A stretch of 36,698 nt of DNA, taken from NCBI GenBank assembly GCA_964475145.1, contig CAYYVK010000002.1:1-36698 (forward strand). The letters run 5' to 3'. The stretch comes from an uncultured archaeon (GTDB lineage: Archaea; Aenigmatarchaeota; Aenigmatarchaeia; CG10238-14; SCSR01). Positions within the stretch are counted from its first letter, which is position 1, and each line of letters begins with the position of its first letter. The position numbers and the translations under genes are program-made. Of the stretch, positions 7,457-17,298 are shown one piece after another. The notes under the pieces were generated by a model that saw only the letters and a list, made by a program, of their open reading frames with translations, was not told the origin of the DNA and searched no databases.

Positions 7457-8234
7457 ATTTGTTCTTGCAAATTTCTAAAATTTTTCTCTTCAATTCTTTA
7501 TAGTACTCGTTCTTTTCGAAAAAGATGGTTTTCCACTTTTCAACTAGCTCAGGATATTTCTCTTTTAAAACTTTTTCTAATTTTTCCCAAACTCCAGGCT
7601 TAAGGTTTAGTTTGTCAACCCAAAAACAATCAGTAAAAGGAAAAAGAGTCTGAAAGTATTCTCCTAAATTCTTGTCAGAAAGATAAGGTAATACAGGACC
7701 GAAGAAAACAAAAGTTTTTATTCTATTTTCCTTAAGAATTTTTAGTGCTTTTAGCTTTTCTTCAACAGGGGAAGAAAAAGGTTCAAAATCTTTCCTAATT
7801 TTTTCATCCAATGTTGTTATTGTAAAGCCAACTTCACATTTTTCCTTAAACTTTTTCAGCAGGTCTAAGTCTCTTAAAACAAGAGAAGATTTTGTTTGTA
7901 TGCAGACTGAAAAATTATTTCTCAGCAAAATTTCCAAGCATTTTCTTGTAATCTCATACTTTTTTTCTAAAGGTTGATAAGGGTCTGTTAAAGAAGAAAT
8001 AAAGACCGTTCCTTTCTTTTTTCTTAAAATCTCTCTTCTCAAGACTTCTGATGCATTTATTTTCACGTCTACAAAATCCCCCCAGTTTTCTGTACGCTTT
8101 GTAAACTTTCTAGTTAAATAATCAGCATAGCAGTAGATGCATCCATGAGCACATCCAACATAAGGATTTATGCAATAATCGCCAAGCTTGCTTGCGTTAA
8201 GCAACGACTTACACTTAATTTCTTTTATACTCAT
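7434..8234 (-). CDS. Radical SAM protein, SplB-like (DNA repair photolyase family, COG1533-like)
   Basis: 266 aa with the N-terminal cluster motif YVGCAHGCIYCYA. The size and N-terminal layout match this family. Confidence 0.75.
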   Translation of the reverse strand: MSIKEIKCKSLLNASKLGDYCINPYVGCAHGCIYCYADYLTRKFTKRTENWGDFVDVKINASEVLRREILRKKKGTVFISSLTDPYQPLEKKYEITRKCLEILLRNNFSVCIQTKSSLVLRDLDLLKKFKEKCEVGFTITTLDEKIRKDFEPFSSPVEEKLKALKILKENRIKTFVFFGPVLPYLSDKNLGEYFQTLFPFTDCFWVDKLNLKPGVWEKLEKVLKEKYPELVEKWKTIFFEKNEYYKELKRKILEICKNKFKIVFCY

Positions 8235-8359
8235 TAAAGTTAGATACTTTTCCAGCCATATAAATTTTAATTTTAGAATTACCGGAAGTAAACTTCCGAA
8301 AACTAAGTATGTATTTATGCTTTACTTTTAAATATGGTAAAATTTGATTTGTTTTTATT

Positions 8360-9685
8360 ATGGGTGAGAAGTTGAGGTATAGGAAGAATGTATGGCTATC
8401 ATCAGTTGTTGATTCTTCTATTCTAAGAGAGTTAAGTATGAATACAAAAATTGTTACTAAAGATTATAGGTGTACATTGTGTAAGGGCGGAAGATTGCTA
8501 TGCGGAAGGACAAGATGTCCTATTTTGGTTAGGTTAAATTCTGAGCTTAAAGTTGCACCTCTGATTGACAAGTTAAGTATTGATGGCTCAGCGCCAGGAA
8601 TATTTGTTGGTAGGATAGGTTGGCCTTATGTTTTTGTTGGCCCTTTGATAACGCCATTTCATGGTGATACATCACTCCTTAATACTCCTGAATTATGGCA
8701 AGGCAAGACTATCGAAGAAATAGTTGACTTCCGTTCTCAACTAGTAAGAGGAAAATACCGTGTACATGTGAAGAATGTGACAGAAGGAAAAATTGTTGAG
8801 TTAACAAGAGAGATTGCACTTTCCAAAATTTCTCCTGAGACTACCGCAGAATTTACGAAAAAACCCTCACGGAGGTTAATTTTAGACGAGGATGTTCAAC
8901 CAATCGGCCCTTCAGCTCCTTTAAAAGATTTAGATGTTGGTAGCATCAGAACCGATCAAAGAATTGAAAAGGCTTTCAGTGACATTGATTTGAAAGCAGC
9001 AGAGGCTGTTATAATGCTTTATAAGAAAGGAGTGGTAATTTCAAGAATTCAAACAGCTTTTAGTGCTGGATTACTTGGGATTGGAAAAAAGCGATGTTTT
9101 GTTCCGACCAGAATGAGCATAACTGCAGTAGATAGTATAATTTCTCAAAATCTTCTAGAAAAAGTGAAAAGTTTTCCTTTAATCAACGAGTTTAGAGTTT
9201 ATGAGCATACAGCCTTAGATAACAGATGGATCGTGTTAATGATTCCAGAGTATTGGAGTTATGAGCAGATGGAAGCATGGTATCCAAAAACTACATGGAA
9301 TCCTAATGGAAAAAGTGTGTGGATAATTTCAGATTGGGAAGGATTTAAAGGAAGAACAACTTACGCTCTTACGGGTGGTTGTTACTATAGCACCAGGTTA
9401 GCGATATGTGAGGGTTTAGTTAAAGAAAAAAGACAAGCTACCGTTATCACTTTTAGAGAAATTCATCCCGGTTACATAATACCAGTTGGTGTTTGGCATA
9501 CTCGAGAAAGTATAAGAGAAGCTTTAAAAAAAGAGCCATCAAAGTTTAATAAGTTAGAGGACGCATTAAAGTATATTTCGACAAAATTAGCAATACCTCT
9601 TGAAAACTGGATAAAAAATACACATCTTTTGAGAAGCATTATTTTTCAGAGAAAGTTAATGGATTATCTTAAATTAAAAATTTGA
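8360..9685 (+). CDS. Nre-family archaeal DNA repair protein
   Basis: Zinc motif CTLCKGGRLLCGRTRCPI near the N-terminus and a length of about 440 aa. The C-terminus carries the PIP-like box QRKLMDYL (9647-9670). An alternative start is M27 at 8438. Confidence 0.7.
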   Translation: MGEKLRYRKNVWLSSVVDSSILRELSMNTKIVTKDYRCTLCKGGRLLCGRTRCPILVRLNSELKVAPLIDKLSIDGSAPGIFVGRIGWPYVFVGPLITPFHGDTSLLNTPELWQGKTIEEIVDFRSQLVRGKYRVHVKNVTEGKIVELTREIALSKISPETTAEFTKKPSRRLILDEDVQPIGPSAPLKDLDVGSIRTDQRIEKAFSDIDLKAAEAVIMLYKKGVVISRIQTAFSAGLLGIGKKRCFVPTRMSITAVDSIISQNLLEKVKSFPLINEFRVYEHTALDNRWIVLMIPEYWSYEQMEAWYPKTTWNPNGKSVWIISDWEGFKGRTTYALTGGCYYSTRLAICEGLVKEKRQATVITFREIHPGYIIPVGVWHTRESIREALKKEPSKFNKLEDALKYISTKLAIPLENWIKNTHLLRSIIFQRKLMDYLKLKI

Positions 9686-9956
9686 TGATAGATAAGTTTA
9701 TTCAGAGCCCAACCTAGATTAACGAGACTTTTCTTCTATTAACCCAGAAAGCCATAAGTTCATGATAAATATTTTAAGGAATAGATATGCTTTTCTTTCT
9801 ACAGTTAAGTTCCGGTTGTTAGAATTTTAAAAAAGAGAGAACTTGTACTTAATCAAAGCAAGCAATATTATTATGAGGACCACTACAATCAGTCCTAAGA
9901 CTTGATCCCTATTCATAATATAATTTATGTTAAGAAGAGACTTAAATAATGGGTAG

Positions 9957-10730
9957 ATGTCGCAGAAGAAAAAACTAGTAGCAGCATATGTTATAATTTC
10001 TTTGATAACAGTTTTTGCTCTAAACTACTTGACAGGAAGCTTTGTAAGAAAGTATCCTAGATACAAAGCAACAATAGTTTCTGTGATAGATGGCGACACG
10101 ATTATAACACAAAGTGGAGAAAAGGTTAGGTTGCTTGGAATAAATGCACCAGAAAAGGGTCAATTCTACTATGAGGAGGCAAAAGAAGCTTTAGAAAAGA
10201 TGGTAAAAAATAAAACAGTAGAGCTTGAGATAGACGCTAAAGATAAGGACGCTTATGGAAGGTCTTTAAGATATGTTTTTGTAGATAACAGATTTGTGAA
10301 CTTAGAAATGGTAAAGAATGGTTATGCTCATACCTATATAACATATCCAAACATAAGATATAGGGACTTATTAAAAGAAGCACAGAATTTTGCTAAGGAG
10401 AAAAATCTAGGAATATGGAGACACTCTGTATACTCAGGATGCGTCGTAATTCAAGCTTTTAGCTTTGAAGATAAGAACGAGTTTGTGGAATTCAAGAGTG
10501 TTTGTAATCCAATTAACATAAGTGGTTGGTATGTGACAGATGAATCTGCTCATAATCTGTTTTACTTTCCTTCTATCTTGCTTGGTGATGTGGTATTACA
10601 TACAGGGTATGGGAATAGTGATTCTACCCATCTATTCTGGAATAGCACTCCTGTGTGGGATGACGACGGTGATACAATCTTCTTACGAGATAGTAAAGGA
10701 TTACTAGTGCTAAGCTACACTTATCCTTAA
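9957..10730 (+). CDS. Membrane-anchored thermonuclease (SNase) fused to a lamin-tail-like domain
   Basis: N-terminal TM anchor. SNase blocks VIDGDTI, VRLLGINAPE, DAYGRSLRYVF and MVKNGYA. C-terminal LTD-like region EFVEFKSVCNPINISGWYVTDES..FYFP. Confidence 0.75.
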   Translation: MSQKKKLVAAYVIISLITVFALNYLTGSFVRKYPRYKATIVSVIDGDTIITQSGEKVRLLGINAPEKGQFYYEEAKEALEKMVKNKTVELEIDAKDKDAYGRSLRYVFVDNRFVNLEMVKNGYAHTYITYPNIRYRDLLKEAQNFAKEKNLGIWRHSVYSGCVVIQAFSFEDKNEFVEFKSVCNPINISGWYVTDESAHNLFYFPSILLGDVVLHTGYGNSDSTHLFWNSTPVWDDDGDTIFLRDSKGLLVLSYTYP

Positions 10731-10733
10731 GTT

Positions 10734-10871
10734 TTACTTACCTTTTTTCTTCTCTTTTATCACAAGCGGTCCACAGTAGTGACAGTTCTTACATTCGTAT
10801 ATCATGCCCAACCATGGCATGAACATAAGGTCCTTACTTCCACACTTAGGACATTTCAATATAAAAATCAC
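10734..10871 (-). CDS. Micro-ORF encoding a zinc-ribbon protein (about 41-45 aa)
   Basis: Hand translation gives (VIFI)LKCPKCGSKDLMFMPWLGMIYECKNCHYCGPLVIKEKKKGK. The GTG start overlaps the upstream TGA as GTGA; an alternative TTG start is at 10859. CPxC plus CxxC knuckles. Confidence 0.45.
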   Translation of the reverse strand: MIFILKCPKCGSKDLMFMPWLGMIYECKNCHYCGPLVIKEKKKGK

Positions 10872-11008
10872 TTCTTAACTTTTCTAGGTCTCACGTTGCA
10901 GAATTCAAGAGGAGAGGAGCACTTTCTACAAACAGGTACGTTATTCTTTATAATTATATCATCCATAGAAAGCTTCCCATGCCTAGGGCATGCACATCTT
11001 GCGAGCAT
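10868..11008 (-). CDS. Micro-ORF encoding a zinc-ribbon protein (46 aa)
   Basis: Translated codon by codon: MLARCACPRHGKLSMDDIIIKNNVPVCRKCSSPLEFCNVRPRKVKK. Its ATG overlaps the CBS gene stop as TAATG. The plus-strand ORF 10779..11036 is its shadow. Confidence 0.5.
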   Translation of the reverse strand: MLARCACPRHGKLSMDDIIIKNNVPVCRKCSSPLEFCNVRPRKVKK

Positions 11009-11442
11009 TAGCCACCACTGTACATCGGTAGCCTGATGGAAAGCAAAGAAGCTATGCTGGCTATAAGTCTAGGCTGAACTACTGCTATGTCGCTTGCAGT
11101 GATTATTCCAACTAACTTATTATTCTCAACTACAGGGAGCTTTTTTATCTTATTTTCAATCATTATCTTTACTGCATCTTCCAAACTTTTATCTGGTTCT
11201 ACTACTTTGACGTTTCTACTCATTATCTCTCCTACAAGTGTTGTTTCTGGGTCTTTGTCATTTCCTATAGCTCTCATTATATCACTATTTGTTATTATTC
11301 CGACCAACTTTTCATTCTCTGTTACTATGAGCGAGCCTATATGTTCTTCACCCATGATCTTTGAAGCTTCTTTGAGTGTCAAACTAGGTTTTACAGTTAC
11401 AATTCTTCTATTCATTACTTGCCTCACGAACATTTCTACCAC
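11008..11442 (-). CDS. CBS-domain pair protein
   Basis: 144 aa with two tandem CBS repeats (IGSLIVTENEKLVGIITNSDI and IKKLPVVENNKLVGIITASDI). Confidence 0.85.
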   Translation of the reverse strand: MVEMFVRQVMNRRIVTVKPSLTLKEASKIMGEEHIGSLIVTENEKLVGIITNSDIMRAIGNDKDPETTLVGEIMSRNVKVVEPDKSLEDAVKIMIENKIKKLPVVENNKLVGIITASDIAVVQPRLIASIASLLSIRLPMYSGG

Positions 11443-11454
11443 AATATAATAATT

Positions 11455-12159
11455 TTATTTTCTACTAATTAAGCCTTTAGCTTTTTCAGAGATATATCCT
11501 GCTGTGAGCAAGCATGCTCCAAAAATCAGAGCTAAAGTATAATAGGGAGTCATGTTAGAGAATAAAGAGTTTAGTATTTCCGCTATAGACGCCTGTTTTA
11601 TAAAAAAATCTTTAATGTAGTACAAGAGGAAGAACTGTATGCCACAAACAAGTAAGATATACCCCAAACCTTTGAGTCTTCTAGAGTTTGTTTCTTCTAG
11701 CAAGATATAAATTATAGACAAAATTATAGTTGAGAGCATCGATGGGATTTCTAGAGACTTGAAGAAGGAATTAGCATACCTAGAGACTATTACTAATGGT
11801 TGTTCGCTTAAGCACCTAATAAAATCGCATGCATATTCTTTCCAATAAATTTTATCAAATATAGCATCTGTAAAGAGTGATAAGAATTTTTCTTGACCAG
11901 CCTCTTTTATTTTATCGCATGCTACAGAAATATTCCCAACCTCTTCTACATAGATCTCTACTTTTTCCTGGTATTCACAAATTCTTAAAACATCTCCATA
12001 GTTTAGCTTTGGCTCAATGTTGGGCGTTATTATCCTGATTACAGATTGCTTCAAGTTGTTGTATTCGGTAAACTGTGCAAAAGAATGAACAGATACAAGA
12101 AAGATTAGAGAAAGAGTAAAGAGAGAGCCGAACAAATACTTTCCAATTTTTCTTAGCAT
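11455..12159 (-). CDS. Hypothetical membrane protein with signal peptide
   Basis: I prefer the ATG at 12159 (MLRKIGKYLFGSLFTLSLIFLVSVHSFA) over the TTG at 12171. It has a soluble middle part and 3-4 C-terminal TM helices, and starts 5 nt after the mat stop. Confidence 0.5.
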   Translation of the reverse strand: MLRKIGKYLFGSLFTLSLIFLVSVHSFAQFTEYNNLKQSVIRIITPNIEPKLNYGDVLRICEYQEKVEIYVEEVGNISVACDKIKEAGQEKFLSLFTDAIFDKIYWKEYACDFIRCLSEQPLVIVSRYANSFFKSLEIPSMLSTIILSIIYILLEETNSRRLKGLGYILLVCGIQFFLLYYIKDFFIKQASIAEILNSLFSNMTPYYTLALIFGACLLTAGYISEKAKGLISRK

Positions 12160-12164
12160 GCAAA

Positions 12165-13367
12165 TCAACAAAAATTAACTTTTCCTTTTATTAGTTCGTC
12201 AACAAAGCTGTTTATGTTTGCTACATGAGCTTCCACCACATTTTTAATTTGATTTTCCACATCTTTCATCTTTACACCCTTTTCTAGTACTGTTTGAACA
12301 GAAATAAGCTTTGGGCTATCTATTGGTTGACCTATTTGACTTAACAGCCATACATATACTTCTTTCAGTCCTGATACTTCTTCGTATATCTTTTCAGCTA
12401 TTCTGAAGGAAAGCAAGTTGTATATCTTTCCAACATGCGCTACTGGATTCTTTCCTGCAGCAGCTTCTTCACTTGCTGGTCTGTTCAAGGATATAACACC
12501 ATTAGCTCTGTTACCTCTCCCAACTTGCCCTGAGTCAGCAGATTCTGCAGAAGTTCCTGTTACAGTCAAGTACACACCCTCTACGCCATACCCTCTTTTA
12601 TCCAGGGTATTGTAATTGATGGAAAAGTTTTTAAAATCAAAATTTTCCAAGATGAAGTTTTTCACCCTTTCAACTATCTCCTCTTTTTTTCTGAAATAAT
12701 CATCCTCAGACTTGATAAATCTGTCGATAAGTGGCATCGCAAAAGTTATGTCAAGCATGTCATCTATCCTGCTTACCATAATCTTGACATCTTCTCCAGT
12801 TTCAGGAAACTCCTTCTTAAACTCTTTTGAGTTAAGGTATCTTTCCGTTTCGTAGGTAATATTTTCTACAGGAGTATAAGGCGCATATCCTACTGCAGCA
12901 GAAGTGTCGTTTGCACCAATCTTTTCTCTTTTGAAAATACTAGTCAAGGCAGCAGAGCCTTCTTTGAGCTCCACTTGGAATTTTATATCTTTTTCTATCT
13001 CTAGAAACCTTAAGTGCTCTTTCAACCAGTTTTTGGCAGCAGATATTGCTATTTCATCGACTGGTATTTCTTCTCTACCATACCTGCGCGTAGCTCTATC
13101 GCCTATTATTAGTAGCATTGGTTTTTTCACTACACCTCCACCAAACTTGTTTTCTGCTTCTCCTGCAGAGAGTAAAGATTTATCTACATTATGATGCAAT
13201 ATTCTTCCAAACTTTTTGATATATTCTTTGCAAAGCAAAACAGAAATTTCGTTTGCTATATTATCGCAGATAGTATCAGGATGACCTAAACCTTTCCTTT
13301 CAACGATTTCTATTCTTTGTTGATAAACGGGAACATGTCTAAGCTCTTCTACCACCAAGTTTTGCAT
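12165..13367 (-). CDS. mat: S-adenosylmethionine synthetase, archaeal type
   Basis: 400 aa with VERKGLGHPDTICD near the N-terminus. The overall length and blocks match the archaeal MAT family rather than bacterial MetK. Confidence 0.9.
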   Translation of the reverse strand: MQNLVVEELRHVPVYQQRIEIVERKGLGHPDTICDNIANEISVLLCKEYIKKFGRILHHNVDKSLLSAGEAENKFGGGVVKKPMLLIIGDRATRRYGREEIPVDEIAISAAKNWLKEHLRFLEIEKDIKFQVELKEGSAALTSIFKREKIGANDTSAAVGYAPYTPVENITYETERYLNSKEFKKEFPETGEDVKIMVSRIDDMLDITFAMPLIDRFIKSEDDYFRKKEEIVERVKNFILENFDFKNFSINYNTLDKRGYGVEGVYLTVTGTSAESADSGQVGRGNRANGVISLNRPASEEAAAGKNPVAHVGKIYNLLSFRIAEKIYEEVSGLKEVYVWLLSQIGQPIDSPKLISVQTVLEKGVKMKDVENQIKNVVEAHVANINSFVDELIKGKVNFC

Positions 13368-13397
13368 AAAATTAGTTAGCTTAGTCGATAAATAAAC

Positions 13398-16300
13398 TTA
13401 ACCTATGTAAGCTGGAGGAATTTCCTTTTCTTTTTCTGGTTTTTTAGTTCTTTCGACGAACTTTTGATAGTATACCATAGTATCCTTAGAAATACTGGGT
13501 AGAACTTTTTTCAGAGCCTCTTCAAAGTGTTTAGACTTTACTTCTTTTGCTTTCATATTTTCTCTTAACGCGTTCATCGCAGCTTCTCTACAAACAGCTT
13601 CTATGTCTGCTCCTGAATATCCTTCTGTCTTCTTAGCCAGCTCACGTAAGTCTACATCCTTAGCTAAGGGCATGTTCTTAGTATGCACTTTAAATATAGC
13701 AAGCCTGCTCTTTTCGTCTGGGGGTGGTATGAGTACAAACCTATCTATTCTTCCAGGTCTGAGCAAAGCAGGGTCAACCATGTCAGGTCTATTAGTAGCA
13801 GCTATGACTACCACTCCTTTAGTCTCTTCTATCCCAGACATTTCTGTCAATAATTGCGAGACTACAGTCTCTGTTACTGCACTTCCTCTATACAAACCTC
13901 TTCTTGGAGCCAAAGCATCTATTTCGTCAAAAAATATGATTGCAGGAGCAACTTGTCTTGCCCTTCTGAAAAGCTCTCTTATTCGTCTCTCAGACTCTCC
14001 AACCCAAAGCGTAAGAACTTCTGGTCCTTTAACTGCTATGAAGTTTGCTCCGCTTTCATTAGCTACAGCCTTAGCAAGTAATGTCTTACCACATCCTGGT
14101 GGCCCATAAAGAAGTATGCCTCTTGGCGGCTCTATACCAAGCCTTTTGAAAGATTCCGGATTCTTGAGCGGCCATTCAACCATTTCTCTTAACTGCTGCT
14201 TTACATCTTCTAGTCCACCTATATCTTCCCACTTGACTTTAGGAACTTCGACTAAAACTTCGCGCATCGCAGAAGGTTCTACCATTTTCAAAGCATTCTC
14301 AAAATCTTCTTTAGTTACAACAAGCTTTTCCATTACCTCTTTGGGCAATTCTTTCTCTTCTTTCCACTTTATTTCTGGTAATACTCTCCTTAAAGCTGCC
14401 ATTGCAGCTTCTTTGCACAGAGCAGCAAGGTCAGCACCTACATATCCGTAAGTTATGTCAGCAATGTGCTCTAAATCAACATCCTTAGCTAAAGGCATGT
14501 TTCTTGTATGAATCTTTAGAATTTCTAGTCTACCGTTTCTGTCAGGGACAGGGAATTCTATTTCTCTGTCGAACCTACCAGGTCTTCTTAGAGCAGGATC
14601 TAGGCTGTTTGGTCTATTAGTAGCAGCTATGACTATTACCTTTCCTCTTGATTTCAATCCGTCCATCTGACTTAAAAGTGTAGAAACAACTCTTCTCTCA
14701 ACTTCACCAGTAACTTCTTCCCTTTTCGGTGCAATAGCATCTATTTCGTCAATAAAGATTATTGCAGGAGCATTCTTTTCAGCTTCTTCAAATATTCTTT
14801 TTATGTTTTGCTCGGATTCACCATACCATTTGGAGTTGTGCATCACATGACCGTATCCAGTTATAAAATTGCTTAGAGAAGTTCCAAAATCATACATTAC
14901 ATACTCTTCATCAACTCTTTTCACGTCAACTATTTTGTCTAGAAGTAGCTCTCTTTTAGTTATTTTTTCTACAAGGTTCAACATACACTTTTCATCTTCG
15001 TTTAGCTCACTACCTTTTGCTTTAATTATTTCTACTACTTTTTCTAAGGTATGTAGAGTTGGCCTTTTTCTAAGGTTTAGATAAGGTTCTATTTTATAAT
15101 TACGACCGTAATTTATCCTATGTTTTTTAAGGATACTTTTCAAGATTTTCAGGAGAAATTCTGGAACATATTCGTAGGATCTTTTAGAAGAGGGTACACG
15201 ATATTCGAGCAGCCCCAATTCTTTTACCATACTCTCAAAGAATTTTAAATTGTATTCACCTTTTAATACAATCTTCTTAACTTTACTAAGCTTGTTAGTA
15301 TGTGGAAATGGTCCATTAAACACCAAGCCTCTTGAAAATCCTATGCTTTTTATCTTTTCTAATACATACTCATCAATACTGTACAATGTTATAGAATGCT
15401 TACCTTTAGTCCCGTCTGTCACAAGTAACCCTAGAATAAAGGCGGTAAAGAGACGACTGTCAAGCTTTGGTAACCATTTGTCAACAAACTCTCTATAATT
15501 CTTTTTGCCGGACTTGAATCCTATAAAATTAAAGAATCTTACAAGTTCAGTGGAATAAATTATTGTTCTCTTTGGATATCTGCTCATCTTTTCTATTCCA
15601 AAAACTTCTTTTATTAGTTCTACAAATTTTTCGTGTAGTTTTCTATTTTCACCTGTAAAAGTTATGTTATCTTTTCCTACACAACCATCACCAGCGACCA
15701 TTCCAAGAAGAAAAGAAAGTTCTTTACTGAATTTCTTTACCTTGATTTGTGGGGATTCGAAGTTTATTTCTGGAGGTTCAACATTCTTCAATACATATGT
15801 TACTACATAGTCTTTATCACTCCTAAGGAAGAGTGGCGTCTTCCAACCAATGCCACTCTCCGAGACTGTAAGTAACGGATGGTTGGAAGACACTTTATAG
15901 CTTGTAGTAGACAAAACGATATTGAAATAGGAAGGCACTTTTACCATCGTAGTTTCAAGAAGTTGTGTTTTGTCAACATTGAAGGAAGGATTTCTTATTC
16001 CTTTCAAAAAGCCCTCTGCAGAGTACGACACATAGTTCTTACCCTCTCCGATTTTCTCTCTCTTACTGTTTTCAAATATTTGGCATGCATTTATGATAGA
16101 TTCGTTCTGGACCAATGGTGTACTCCCGTCAATACACATTATTTCCGGTGCACTTACTGATATGAAGTATGCTCCACTTTCGTTGGCTACTGCCTTAGCC
16201 AAAAGTGTTTTACCAGTCCCTGGGGGTCCGTACAACAGCACTCCTTTTGGTGCTTCAATACCAAGCCTTTCAAATAGCTCAGGATGTCTGAGTGGTAGTT

Positions 16301-16994
16301 CTATAATCTCTCTCACTTTCTCTATTATCGGCTTTATTCCACCTATATCTTCATAAGTAACGACAGGAGCTCTTTCTTCAAGCTTTAAGCTCTCAGGAAG
16401 TTCTGGCAAGATTTCTATTTCAGTAATCTCGTCCACTCTAACTATACCGGAAGGGTTTGTGTTTACTACTACAAACTTTGTTTCAGCTGGCATTGGTGTG
16501 AAGAAAAAATCAAAGTCACTTTCAAAATCGATGCCAAAAAATTCTTCAAAGAGGCTGCTTCCTCTTCCTTTCCTCTTAACTACTGGCGATGGTACAATTA
16601 TATCTCCTTTTGTAACAGGTCTTTTATAAATGTTTTGCTTGACTATATTTGGAGAAATTTGGATCATCACTCCTTTTTGAGCTGGAGCAAGTGTAATGCT
16701 TCTTGCTTCCTTTACATCAGCTTTTCTTACTTTTACGTATTCCCCAACACCAGAGCCTGCATTCCTTCTTGTTATTCCATCCATCCTTATGATGTTTAAA
16801 CCAACGTCAGCAGGGTAAGACCTCAAAGCAATTGCACCTGTCTTTTTAGTTCCTTCTATTTCTACTATATCACCCGGCTTTACACCTATCTTTTCCATAG
16901 CACTAGACTCAAACCTAACTATTCCGCGCCCAGCCTCTTCTCTTGCTGTTAGCTCGCCTACCTTAAGCCTGATTTCTTTAACCTCTTCAGCCAT
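13398..16994 (-). CDS. cdc48: Cdc48/VCP-like AAA+ ATPase interrupted by an intein
   Basis: N-domain plus two AAA modules (GPPGTGKT...IIFIDEID and GPPGCGKT...IIFFDEID). At 1198 aa it is 434 aa too long; the extein after excision is 764 aa. Confidence 0.9.
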   Translation of the reverse strand: MAEEVKEIRLKVGELTAREEAGRGIVRFESSAMEKIGVKPGDIVEIEGTKKTGAIALRSYPADVGLNIIRMDGITRRNAGSGVGEYVKVRKADVKEARSITLAPAQKGVMIQISPNIVKQNIYKRPVTKGDIIVPSPVVKRKGRGSSLFEEFFGIDFESDFDFFFTPMPAETKFVVVNTNPSGIVRVDEITEIEILPELPESLKLEERAPVVTYEDIGGIKPIIEKVREIIELPLRHPELFERLGIEAPKGVLLYGPPGTGKTLLAKAVANESGAYFISVSAPEIMCIDGSTPLVQNESIINACQIFENSKREKIGEGKNYVSYSAEGFLKGIRNPSFNVDKTQLLETTMVKVPSYFNIVLSTTSYKVSSNHPLLTVSESGIGWKTPLFLRSDKDYVVTYVLKNVEPPEINFESPQIKVKKFSKELSFLLGMVAGDGCVGKDNITFTGENRKLHEKFVELIKEVFGIEKMSRYPKRTIIYSTELVRFFNFIGFKSGKKNYREFVDKWLPKLDSRLFTAFILGLLVTDGTKGKHSITLYSIDEYVLEKIKSIGFSRGLVFNGPFPHTNKLSKVKKIVLKGEYNLKFFESMVKELGLLEYRVPSSKRSYEYVPEFLLKILKSILKKHRINYGRNYKIEPYLNLRKRPTLHTLEKVVEIIKAKGSELNEDEKCMLNLVEKITKRELLLDKIVDVKRVDEEYVMYDFGTSLSNFITGYGHVMHNSKWYGESEQNIKRIFEEAEKNAPAIIFIDEIDAIAPKREEVTGEVERRVVSTLLSQMDGLKSRGKVIVIAATNRPNSLDPALRRPGRFDREIEFPVPDRNGRLEILKIHTRNMPLAKDVDLEHIADITYGYVGADLAALCKEAAMAALRRVLPEIKWKEEKELPKEVMEKLVVTKEDFENALKMVEPSAMREVLVEVPKVKWEDIGGLEDVKQQLREMVEWPLKNPESFKRLGIEPPRGILLYGPPGCGKTLLAKAVANESGANFIAVKGPEVLTLWVGESERRIRELFRRARQVAPAIIFFDEIDALAPRRGLYRGSAVTETVVSQLLTEMSGIEETKGVVVIAATNRPDMVDPALLRPGRIDRFVLIPPPDEKSRLAIFKVHTKNMPLAKDVDLRELAKKTEGYSGADIEAVCREAAMNALRENMKAKEVKSKHFEEALKKVLPSISKDTMVYYQKFVERTKKPEKEKEIPPAYIG
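14835..16136 (-). mobile_element. 434-aa intein with LAGLIDADG homing endonuclease, in the Cdc48 D1 domain
   Basis: The host motif SAPEIM|SKWYGESE is split. The insert starts CIDGSTPL, contains [11 protein letters not shown] and [12 protein letters not shown], and ends GHVMHN followed by Ser+1. Junction codons were checked on the DNA: TGT at 16136-34 and AAC at 14837-35. Confidence 0.85.
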
Positions 16995-17298
16995 AATCTT
17001 CCCAATCCTCCTCTAATAATACTTTGAAAGATTTCCATATAATCTTATCTGCCCATTCTTCGAAAAACTTTATCACTCTATCGGTGAAGTCTTCTGAAAC
17101 GATGAAGCTACTTTGGTCAACTTTTAAGTGAGGTATTTCTTTTAGCAGTCCAGGTCTTTCATACTCGTACTTACTTTTCTTACTTGGTACAACTTGCTTC
17201 CATCCGTACAAAGCTTTGAAAAATTTAACCTTCTCATAGCTAGAGGAAAACTTATCACTCTTAAGGGTGAATGCAAAGAGTACAGCCTTCTTTTGCAT
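16987..17298 (-). CDS. Hypothetical 103-aa protein, translationally coupled to cdc48
   Basis: Its stop overlaps the cdc48 ATG (ATGGCTGA). It has an acidic C-terminus ([10 protein letters not shown]). No family recognised. Confidence 0.45.
   Translation of the reverse strand: MQKKAVLFAFTLKSDKFSSSYEKVKFFKALYGWKQVVPSKKSKYEYERPGLLKEIPHLKVDQSSFIVSEDFTDRVIKFFEEWADKIIWKSFKVLLEEDWEDYG

Noticed and set aside
7201-7470. An 89-aa minus-strand ORF from the ORF track.
   Set aside because: The translation is Ser-rich and low in complexity. The opposite strand encodes a far more protein-like CxxC...CxxC ribbon, reported as the frameshifted gene.
9683-9760. A TGATGA overlapping the Nre stop codon, considered as a possible C box of a C/D sRNA.
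   Set aside because: There is no CTGA D or D' box at a suitable distance on that strand, and no terminal stem.
9827-9916. A 29-aa TM micro-ORF (MNRDQVLGLIVVVLIIILLALIKYKFSLF) on the minus strand in the Nre/SNase spacer, and a 32-aa ORF at 19077..19175.
   Set aside because: Neither has a recognisable promoter or RBS context, and hydrophobic peptides arise easily by chance in AT-rich DNA. I noted them only as possibilities.
10779-11036. An 85-aa plus-strand ORF.
   Set aside because: It covers exactly the two minus-strand zinc-ribbon micro-ORFs, which are translationally coupled to the CBS gene. The plus-strand product has no features.
13603-16356. Several plus-strand ORFs of 71-168 aa inside the cdc48 locus (13603, 13854, 14116, 14869, 15250, 15879, 16093).
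   Set aside because: They are antisense shadows of a gene with unmistakable AAA+ and intein motifs. Their translations are Ser/Leu/Pro-rich low-complexity sequences with no recognisable domains.
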